Assembly: GCF_009914755.1 (NCBI RefSeq)
Contig: NC_060941.1
DNA: 64,000 nucleotides
Strand: one strand, 5' to 3'
From: the human T2T-CHM13v2.0 reference genome, Homo sapiens
A model generated the notes under the pieces. That model saw nothing but the letters and a program-made list of their open reading frames with translations, had not been told where the DNA came from and ran no database searches. Both the position numbers and the translations under genes were made by a program. Positions 53,738 through 64,000 of the stretch are shown here, one piece after another; position 1 is the stretch's first letter; every line of letters starts with the position of its first letter.

Positions 53738-56700
53738 GCACAGCCCTGGCTACTAGCACAGCCCTGGCTACTAGCACTGTCCTGGCTACGAGCACAGCCC
53801 TGGCTACTAGCAGAGCCCTGGCTACTAGCACTCTCCTGGTTACTAGCACTGTCCTGGTTACTAGCACAGCCCTGGCTACTAGCACTCTCCTGGTTACTAG
53901 CAGAGCCCTGGCTACTAGCACAGCCCTGGCTACTAGCAGAGCCCTGGCTACTAGCACAGCCCTGGTTACTAGCAGAGCCCTGGCTACTAGCACAGCCCTG
54001 GCTACTAGCACTGTCCTGGTTACGAGCACAGCCCTGGTTACTAGCAGAGCCCTGGCTACTAGCACAGCCCTGGTTACTAGCACAGCCCTGGTTACTAGCA
54101 CAGCCCTGGCTACTAGCACAGCCCTGGCTACTAGCACTGTCCTGGTTACTAGCACTGTCCTGGCTACTAGCACTGTCCTGGTTACTAGCACAGCCCTGGC
54201 TACTAGCACTGTCCTGGTTACGAGCACAGCCCTGGTTACGAGCACTGTCCTGGTTACTAGCACTGTCCTGGTTACTAGCACTGTCCTGGCTACTAGCACT
54301 GTCCTGGTTACTAGCACAGCCCTGGTTACTAGCACAGCCCTGGCTACTAGCACAGCCCTGGTTACTAGCACAGCCCTGGCTACTAGCACTGTCCTGGCTA
54401 CTAGCACAGCCCTGGCTACTAGCACTGTCCTGGTTACTAGCACAGCCCTGGTTACTAGCACAGCCCTGGTTACTAGCACAGCCCTGGTTACGAGCACTGT
54501 CCTGGCTACTAGCACTGTCCTGGTTACTAGCACAGCCCTGGCTACTAGCACAGCCCTGGCTACTAGCACTGTCCTGGCTACTAGCACTGTCCTGGTTACT
54601 AGCACAGCCCTGGCTACTAGCACAGCCCTGGCTACTAGCACTGTCCTGGCTACTAGCACTGTCCTGGTTACTAGCACAGCCCTGGCTACTAGCACAGCCC
54701 TGGCTACTAGCACTGTCCTGGTTACTAGCACTGTCCTGGCTACTAGCACTGTCCTGGTTACTAGCACAGCCCTGGCTACTAGCACAGCCCTGGCTACTAG
54801 CACTGTCCTGGTTACTAGCACAGCCCTGGCTACTAGCACAGCCCTGGTTACTAGCACAGCCCTGGCTACTAGCACAGCCCTGGTTACTAGCACAGCCCTG
54901 GCTACTAGCACTGTCCTGGTTACTAGCACAGCCCTGGCTACTAGCACAGCCCTGGCTACTAGCACTGTCCTGGCTACTAGCACTGTCCTGGTTACTAGCA
55001 CAGCCCTGGCTACTAGCACTGTCCTGGCTACTAGCACTGTCCTGGTTACTAGCACAGCCCTGGCTACTAGCACAGCCCTGGCTACTAGCACTGTCCTGGC
55101 TACTAGCACAGCCCTGGTTACTAGCACAGCCCTGGTTACTAGCACAGCCCTGGCTACTAGCACAGCCCTGGCTACTAGCACAGCCCTGGTTACTAGCACA
55201 GCCCTGGCTACTAGCACAGCCCTGGTTACTAGCACAGCCCTGGCTACTAGCACTGTCCTGGTTACTAGCACAGCCCTGGCTACTAGCACAGCCCTGGCTA
55301 CTAGCACTGTCCTGGCTACTAGCACTGTCCTGGTTACTAGCACAGCCCTGGCTACTAGCACTGTCCTGGCTACTAGCACTGTCCTGGTTACTAGCACAGC
55401 CCTGGCTACTAGCACAGCCCTGGCTACTAGCACTGTCCTGGCTACTAGCACTGTCCTGGTTACTAGCACAGCCCTGGCTACTAGCACTGTCCTGGCTACT
55501 AGCACTGTCCTGGTTACTAGCACAGCCCTGGCTACTAGCACTGTCCTGGCTACTAGCACTGTCCTGGTTACTAGCACAGCCCTGGCTACTAGCACTGTCC
55601 TGGCTACTAGCACTGTCCTGGTTACTAGCACAGCCCTGGCTACTAGCACTGTCCTGGTTACGAGCACAGCCCTGGCTACTAGCACTGTCCTGGCTACTAG
55701 CACAGCCCTGGCTACTAGCACTGTCCTGGCTACTAGCACTGTCCTGGTTACTAGCACAGCCCTGGCTACTAGCACTGTCCTGGCTACTAGCACTGTCCTG
55801 GTTACTAGCACAGCCCTGGCTACTAGCACTGTCCTGGCTACTAGCACTGTCCTGGTTACTAGCACAGCCCTGGCTACTAGCACTGTCCTGGCTACTAGCA
55901 CTGTCCTGGTTACTAGCACAGCCCTGGCTACTAGCACTGTCCTGGCTACTAGCACTGTCCTGGTTACTAGCACAGCCCTGGCTACTAGCACTGTCCTGGC
56001 TACTAGCACTGTCCTGGTTACTAGCACAGCCCTGGCTACTAGCACTGTCCTGGTTACGAGCACAGCCCTGGCTACTAGCACTGTCCTGGCTACTAGCACA
56101 GCCCTGGCTACTAGCACTGTCCTGGCTACTAGCACTGTCCTGGCTACTAGCACTGTCCTGGTTACTAGCACAGCCCTGGCTACTAGCACTGTCCTGGTTA
56201 CGAGCACAGCCCTGGTTACGAGCACTGTCCTGGCTACTAGCACTGTCCTGGTTACTAGCACAGCCCTGGCTACTAGCACAGCCCTGGTTACTAGCACAGC
56301 CCTGGCTACTAGCACAGCCCTGGTTACTAGCACAGCCCTGGCTACTAGCACTGTCCTGGCTACTAGCACAGCCCTGGTTACTAGCACAGCCCTGGTTACT
56401 AGCACAGCCCTGGTTACGAGCACTGTCCTGGCTACTAGCACTGTCCTGGTTACTAGCACAGCCCTGGCTACTAGCACAGCCCTGGCTACTAGCACTGTCC
56501 TGGCTACTAGCACTGTCCTGGTTACTAGCACAGCCCTGGCTACTAGCACAGCCCTGGCTACTAGCACTGTCCTGGCTACTAGCACTGTCCTGGTTACTAG
56601 CACAGCCCTGGCTACTAGCACAGCCCTGGCTACTAGCACTGTCCTGGTTACTAGCACTGTCCTGGCTACTAGCACTGTCCTGGTTACTAGCACAGCCCTG

Positions 56701-58617
56701 GCTACTAGCACAGCCCTGGCTACTAGCACTGTCCTGGTTACTAGCACAGCCCTGGCTACTAGCACTGTCCTGGTTACGAGCACAGCCCTGGTTACGAGCA
56801 CTGTCCTGGCTACTAGCACAGCCCTGGCTACTAGCACAGCCCTGGTTACTAGCACAGCCCTGGCTACTAGCACTGTCCTGGCTACTAGCACAGCCCTGGT
56901 TACTAGCACAGCCCTGGTTACTAGCACAGCCCTGGTTACGAGCACTGTCCTGGCTACTAGCACTGTCCTGGCTACTAGCACAGCCCTGGCTACTAGCACA
57001 GCCCTGGCTACTAGCACTGTCCTGGCTACTAGCACTGTCCTGGTTACTAGCACAGCCCTGGCTACTAGCACAGCCCTGGCTACTAGCACTGTCCTGGCTA
57101 CTAGCACTGTCCTGGTTACTAGCACAGCCCTGGCTACTAGCACTGTCCTGGCTACTAGCACTGTCCTGGTTACTAGCACAGCCCTGGCTACTAGCACTGT
57201 CCTGGTTACGAGCACAGCCCTGGCTACTAGCACTGTCCTGGCTACTAGCACTGTCCTGGCTACTAGCACTGTCCTGGTTACTAGCACAGCCCTGGCTACT
57301 AGCACTGTCCTGGCTACTAGCACAGCCCTGGCTACTAGCACAGCCCTGGTTACTAGCACAGCCCTGGCTACTAGCACTGTCCTGGCTACTAGCACAGCCC
57401 TGGTTACTAGCACAGCCCTGGTTACTAGCACAGCCCTGGTTACGAGCACTGTCCTGGCTACTAGCACTGTCCTGGCTACTAGCACAGCCCTGGCTACTAG
57501 CACAGCCCTGGCTACTAGCACTGTCCTGGCTACTAGCACTGTCCTGGTTACTAGCACAGCCCTGGCTACTAGCACAGCCCTGGCTACTAGCACTGTCCTG
57601 GCTACTAGCACTGTCCTGGTTACTAGCACAGCCCTGGCTACTAGCACTGTCCTGGCTACTAGCACTGTCCTGGTTACTAGCACAGCCCTGGCTACTAGCA
57701 CTGTCCTGGTTACGAGCACAGCCCTGGCTACTAGCACTGTCCTGGCTACTAGCACAGCCCTGGCTACTAGCACTGTCCTGGTTACGAGCACAGCCCTGGC
57801 TACTAGCACTGTCCTGGCTACTAGCACTGTCCTGGCTACTAGCACAGCCCTGGCTACTAGCACTGTCCTGGTTACTAGCACAGCCCTGGTTACTAGCACA
57901 GCCCTGGCTACTAGCACAGCCCTGGCTACTAGCACTGTCCTGGTTACTAGCACTGTCCTGGCTACTAGCACTGTCCTGGTTACTAGCACAGCCCTGGCTA
58001 CTAGCACTGTCCTGGTTACGAGCACAGCCCTGGTTACGAGCACTGTCCTGGCTACTAGCACTGTCCTGGTTACTAGCACAGCCCTGGCTACTAGCACAGC
58101 CCTGGTTACTAGCACAGCCCTGGCTACTAGCACTGTCCTGGCTACTAGCACAGCCCTGGTTACTAGCACAGCCCTGGTTACTAGCACAGCCCTGGTTACG
58201 AGCACTGTCCTGGCTACTAGCACTGTCCTGGTTACTAGCACAGCCCTGGCTACTAGCACAGCCCTGGCTACTAGCACTGTCCTGGCTACTAGCACTGTCC
58301 TGGCTACTAGCACTGTCCTGGTTACTAGCACAGCCCTGGCTACTAGCACTGTCCTGGTTACTAGCACAGCCCTGGTTACTAGCACAGCCCTGGTTACGAG
58401 CACTGTCCTGGCTACTAGCACAGCCCTGGCTACTAGCACTGTCCTGGCTACTAGCACTGTCCTGGCTACTAGCACTGTCCTGGCTACTAGCACTGTCCTG
58501 GCTACTAGCACAGCCCTGGTTACTAGCAGAGCCCTGGTTACTAGCAGAGCCCTGGCTTCTAGCAGAGCTCTGGTTACTAGCACAGCCTTGGTTACTAGCA
58601 CAGTCCTGGCTACTAGA
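53738..58617. repeat. Giant 18-bp VNTR, ~270 units, consensus GCAC(AGC|TGT)CCTGG(C|T)TAC(T|G)A
   Basis: Read directly. It gives a 6-aa periodicity in four ORF frames. Confidence 0.99.
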
Positions 58618-59474
58618 CACCTCTGCTAGAGACTGCCCAAAGAATATGCCATGAGTTAGCTCTTTCTCCCCCTCCTGCCACTGGTCAGCTAAGCCTTCCC
58701 CCTAAAAATCACTTTTTGATATAGAGGGTGAAGAATTTCCAGTATCTCCTTTAGTTGACTGTGAGAGAAATTAGTGTAATTTCTAATTGACCATCTTCAC
58801 AGAGTTGTAGAATGATCACAGAGCATTTAGAAGCTGTGGGTTGCTAATAGCTAAATGGCTTTGAAATAATGAATGCTTCATTTGGGGGAACTCGGGGTAA
58901 CTGTGACAAACCGTTGTTATGAAGGGGCTTTAGCTAGCCTTGGAAGGGCAGGCTGGAGGCTTCTGCACGTCCTTGGAAGTCTCCATCCACCAGAAGGAGC
59001 TCCTTCTGCTCTCTCAGCCTGGATGTGATAGTTGCCAGCAATAGGCGCAACTTGGTTTTTAAATTAAAATCTAATATTTGATATACATAATTCTATCAAC
59101 AATATATTAAAAATATGATTTCTGCTTTGCATCTGCTCTTTTTGGTACACTGTGTGTCACATGATAGATGCCACATTAATATCTTTGACTATTAATAGAG
59201 TTGGATAAGTAATACACTGACTCCTTTAGCAGCCTCAGCCTTTCTTTGAACTTTGCAAACATGGCCATTGTAATTAGGTGTTGTTGAATTGAGAATAAAA
59301 GTTACTTTAAGGCAGAGCTAAAAGTGTTACCGAGGAGATGCTATTTTCAGAAATTACTTGGTAAAGACTCCTCTGGAGTTGTTAGTACCGTATCTCATTA
59401 TAAAGATGCCTCTTATATGTATTTGAGAAGGGAAAGAAGGAGCCCAGTGTTGACGTTTTATTTAGAAAATGTGA

Positions 59475-59774
<300 letters not shown>

Positions 59775-59782
59775 TCAGTGCA

Positions 59783-59930
59783 GGTGATCCCCACCGCCCC
59801 CACAGCGGTGCTTTCTGCGGGTGATCCCCACCGCCCCCACAGCGGTGCTTTCTGCGGGTGATCCCCACCGCCCCCACAGCGGTGCTTTCTGCGGGTGATC
59901 CCCACCGCCCCCACAGCGGTGCTTTCTGCA
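59783..59930. repeat. 37-bp minisatellite, 4 virtually identical copies (ggtgatccccaccgcccccacagcggtgctttctgcg)
   Basis: Read directly from the sequence. Confidence 0.96.
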
Positions 59931-60492
59931 GGGAGCGGACGGCAGGCCTGGGGCGTGCTGCCCGCTTACCTCATGAACTGCGCGTGCACTGACTCCACAT
60001 TACCCACACGTGGGAACAATGCAGCAGATGTCTTTTTTGGATCCGGTTGCTGTGTATCGCATCGCAAGACTTTTCTGGATCCTTCCCAAATCCTCCAGAA
60101 GACTCTGGAGAGCATTGGAAGATGAGAGTCTTTCTTGTGTTTGAGTCCCTAGGCTCCCCGGAGAAACCCCTTTGGGTGCACGCTCACCTTAGGCTTGCTG
60201 TTTGGGAAAACCATGGCTCTGGGCTGGAATTGGTCACTTTTAGGCCTGGGCACTGTTCACAAGCTTGGCCAATCACAAGCACTCAGCCTTACACGCAGGC
60301 CTGTTTCTGAAAGATAGTTTCAATTACGGGGTCAATATCTTAGGTAGATGCAAAACCAAAACAGTGTATAGGAAATAACTCATCTGTTGAAATAGTTTTT
60401 TTTTTTCCCTTGGGTTAGCAATCCTGAAGAACGTTCATTGGCAGAACCCTTTGGCTTGAATGTCAGGATGTTTTTTAAAAATGCTAGGTTCT

Positions 60493-60799
60493 GGGTGGGT
60501 GCGGTGGGTCAGGCCTGTAACCCCAGAACTTCGGGAGGCCGAGGCAGGCAGCTCACTTGAGGTCAGGAATTCGAGACCAGCCTGGCCAACACGGTGAAAC
60601 CCTGTCTCTACTAAAATACAAAAATTCGCTGGGTGTGGTGGCACTCGCCTGTGATCCCAGCTACTCAGGAGGCTGAGGGAGGTGAATCGCTTGAACCTGG
60701 AGGTGGAGGTTGCAGTGAGCCAAGATTGCGCCACTGCACGCCAGCCTAGGCGACAAAGCAAGACTCCCTCTCAAAAACAAAAACAAAACAAAACAAAAC
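60493..60799 (+). mobile_element. Alu (AluS-like) with an (AAAAC)n tail
   Basis: Full dimer. Confidence 0.93.
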
Positions 60800-61467
60800 C
60801 TGTTGGTTCTAATACCCCTAAAGCAAAGAGCTCTCCTGTGTACTCGTCCATGCACCCAGTAGTGTGGTGGGAAAGAAGGAATTCAGCATGCTTCCTCCTG
60901 GGCCTGGCAGACAGGTACCAGGTGAGTAGAGCACTGTCATTGCCTGTCACTTGCTGTTGGAACCTCTGCAGCCAGAGGGCATGTCTTCTTGTCTATACAT
61001 CAACGTACTTTGGGGGGCTTCTTAAATAGGTGGGGTTTCTGTCAATGATCACACTGAATGGGGAAATGAAGTTTCTAGTAGGCATATTTGGGATAAAGCT
61101 CTTTCTACATCTACCTGTCCGACTGCTCCCTCGGCAACCACAGAATGCTTCCAGTGTCCAGTGTGCTCCAGGAGGCATTGGGCCAAGCGCCCGTGCATCT
61201 CAGGGTGCAGGCTGAGATAGGCACGGCAGATGCAAACCCAGCAGCGTCTGGACCACGGGAGCTTTGTCTCTCCACCGGACAAGACACAGACTTCTTGGTC
61301 CCTAAGGAAGTCCCCTTCAAACCTGCTGAGTTCTCATGTGGCTCCTGTACACTGGAGACTCGCCCCACCACCCCATGCCATCCTATGTTCTAGTGCTGAC
61401 TTGGAAGAAAGGTGGGTTGGTATGAAAAGTGTTAGATTTCAGAAGCTTGGCACAAATGGTTGGCAGC

Positions 61468-63132
61468 GATGGAGGGACTGCAGTGTTTAGAGGCCATGGT
61501 GGGAGGACCTGTTGGATGGAGGGACTGCAGTGTTTGGAGGCCGTGGCGGGAGGACCTGTTGGGTGGATGGAGGGACTGCGGTGTGTGTTTAGAGGCCGTG
61601 GCGGGAGGACCTGTTGGGTGGATGGAGGGACTGCGGTGTGTGTTTAGAGGCCGTGGCGGGAGGACCTGTTGGGTGGATGGAGGGACTGCGGTGTGTGTTT
61701 AGAGGCCGTGGCGTGAGGACCTGTTGGGTGGATGGAGGGGCTGCGGTGTGTGTTTGGAGGCCGTGGCGGGAGGGCCTGTTGGGTGGATGGAGGGGCTGCG
61801 GTGTGTGTTTGGAGGCCGTGGCGGGAGGGCCTGTTGGGTGGATGGGGGGGCTGCGGTGTGTGTTTGGAGGCCGTGGCGGGAGGGCCTGTTGGGTGGATGG
61901 GGGGGCTGCGGTGTGTGTTTGGAAGCCTTGGCGGGAGGGCCTGTTGGATGGAGGGACTGCGGTGTGTGTTTAGAGGCCATGGCGGGAGGACCTGTTGGGT
62001 GGATGGAGGGGCTGCGGTGTGTGTTTGGAGGCCGTGGCGGGAGGACCTGTTGGATGGAGGGACTGTGGTGTGTGTTTAGAGGCCGTGGCGAGAGGACCTG
62101 TTGGGTGGATGGAGGGACTGCGGTGTGTGTTTAGAGGCTGTGGCGGGAGGACCTGTTGGGTGGATGGAGGGGCTGCGGTGTGTGTTTGGAGGCCGTGGCG
62201 GGAGGACCTGTTGGGTGGATGGAGGGGCTGCGGTGTGTGTTTAGAGGCCGTGGCGGGAGGACCTGTTGGGTGGATGGAGGGGCTGCGGTGTGTGTTTAGA
62301 GGCCGTGGCGGGAGGACCTGTTGGGTGGATGGAGGGGCTGCGGTGTGTGTTTGGAGGCCGTGGCGGGAGGACCTGTTGGGTGGATGGAGGGGCTGCGGTG
62401 TGTGTTTGGAGGCCGTGGCGGGAGGGCCTGTTGGGTAGATGGAGGGGCTGCGGTGTGTGTTTGGAGGCCGTGGCGGGAGGGCCTGTTGGGTGGATGGAGG
62501 GGCTGCGGTGTGTGTTTGGAGGCCGTGGCGGGAGGACCTGTTGGATGGAGGGACTGCGGTGTGTGTTTAGAGGCCGTGGCAAGAGGACCTGTTGGGTGGA
62601 TGGAGGGGCTGCGGTGTGTGTTTGGAGGCCGTGGCGGGAGGGCCTGTTGGGTGGATGGAGGGGCTGCGGTGTGTGTTTGGAGGCCGTGGCGGGAGGACCT
62701 GTTGGATGGAGGGACTGCGGTGTGTGTTTAGAGGCCGTGGCAGGAGGACCTGTTGGGTGGATGGAGGGGCTGCGGTGTGTGTTTGGAGGCTGTGGCGGGA
62801 GGGCCTGTTGGGTGGATGGAGGGGCTGCGGTGTGTGTTTGGAGGCCGTGGCGGGAGGACCTGTTGGATGGAGGGACTGCGGTGTGTGTTTAGACGCCGTG
62901 GCGGGAGGACCTGTTGGGTGGATGGAGGGGCTGCGGTGTGTGTTTAGAGGCCGTGGCGGGAGGACCTGTTGGGTGGATGGAGGGGCTGCGGTGTGTGTTT
63001 GGAGGCCGTGGCGGGAGGACCTGTTGGGTGGATGGAGGGGCTGCGGTGTGTGTTTGGAGGCTGTGGCGGGAGGACCTGTTGGGTGGATGGAGGGGCTGCG
63101 GTGTGTGTTTGGAGGCTGTGGCGGGAGAGCCT
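61468..63132. repeat. 55-bp (with 51-bp variant) G-rich minisatellite, ~30 copies
   Basis: Unit ggatggagggrctgcggtgtgtgtttrgaggccgtggcgggaggrcctgttgggt. The 55-bp period was checked between 61591 and 61646. Confidence 0.97.
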
Positions 63133-63216
63133 GCTGCTCAGTTCTCAGGACTGGTTAGAAAGTAAATTTAACGTAGGAGCAACTTAACAAAAAGAAAAGC
63201 TTTTCATTTTGGGGGC

Positions 63217-63652
63217 TTTTTTTGTTTGTCTTTAGAGATGGCTTTGCTCTGTCACCCAGGCTGGAGTGCAGTGGTGCCACCACAGCTCACTGCCACCTTG
63301 AACTCCTGAGCCCAAGGGATCCTCCCACCTCGGCCTCCTGAGTAGCTGGGACTGCAGGCATGCACCACTACACCAGGCTGATTTTAAACAACTTTTTGTA
63401 GAGACAGGGGTCTTGCCATATTGCCCAGGCTGGTCTCAAACTCCAGAGCTCAAGCAATCCTCACACCTCAGCCTCTTGAGAAGCCAGGACTACAGGCATG
63501 CACCACCACACCTGGCTAATTAAAAAAAAATTTTGGAGTGATGGGGTCTTTCCATCTTGCCCAGGCTGATCTTGAACTCCTGGGTTCAAGTGATCCTCCC
63601 ACCTCAGCCTCCCAAAGTGCTGGTATTACAGATGTGAGCCACCACACCTGGT
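63217..63652 (-). mobile_element. Composite (~1.5-dimer) Alu
   Basis: Two A/T linkers and three arm-length segments in one contiguous run. Confidence 0.85.
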
Positions 63653-64000
63653 TATATAAAAAGAAAACCTAAAACTAGTAAACCACACTGATATTTTTTG
63701 CTATATTTCTGCTATATACATGTCCTTTTGAAAAGGAAAATAGGAATATTGAACTTAGTTTTTGCGTAAAGGGCCATTTCCTCCCACTTAAAGTTGTTTC
63801 CTTTTTAATCCTCTGCCAGCCATTCTTACGTGGCCAGTGGTAGTGGTGCTGATTAAAATAACACAAGTCTGCCAGCAGTCCCAGACAGACATCGCAAATG
63901 GCGCCTTCCACAGTTCAGGACTGTGTGCTTCACTCCACGGAGGTCTGCCTCAGATGCCTCCCTCCCAGCCCCTTTCCGGAGGCCAGGGAGAGTGCGTTTC

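Noticed and set aside
53695-58654. 1633-1649 aa ORFs resembling a mucin or ice-nucleation-like repeat protein
   Set aside because: They are open in four frames on both strands only because the unit is 18 bp. They have non-ATG starts, no unique domain or signal peptide, and lie in an RPTOR intron.
59790-59930. Tandem CTCF sites (CCGCTGTGGGGGCGG on the minus strand)
   Set aside because: The spacing is one base off the CCRSYAGRKGGCRS core and the conserved AG is missing.

Overview
This is primate (almost certainly human) genomic DNA from inside RPTOR (raptor, the mTORC1 scaffold), transcribed on the + strand. Only two coding exons are present. Exon 17905-18063 reads [10 protein letters not shown]...FHYNGHG...WVFNK and exon 40627-40773 reads [10 protein letters not shown]...VYDCSNAG...QELE. 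Both encode the caspase-like Raptor N-terminal conserved (RNC) domain, and from recall they are exons 4 and 5. Everything else is intron. It holds about 16 Alu/FLAM elements, old L1 and L2 fragments, an L1PB-like 3' end with target-site duplication (TSD), an ERV1-type solo LTR and MER2/MER20/MER5-like DNA transposons. It is also unusually dense in minisatellites: 42-bp, 36-bp, 39-bp, 37-bp and 55-bp units, a ~1 kb GGT/GAT triplet tract, and a ~4.9 kb 18-bp VNTR of about 270 units with an internal variant code and higher-order duplications. The long ORFs in the supplied track are artefacts of these repeats. I see no evidence for a new protein-coding system. The leads most worth testing are the giant 18-bp VNTR, a possible stop-free exon 4+5 circRNA, and several candidate regulatory motifs (a perfect NRF2/MAF ARE, UPRE-like motifs inside a VNTR, and an AP-1/ETS/E2F cluster). 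Repeat subfamily names come from recalled consensus sequences, not from a database search.
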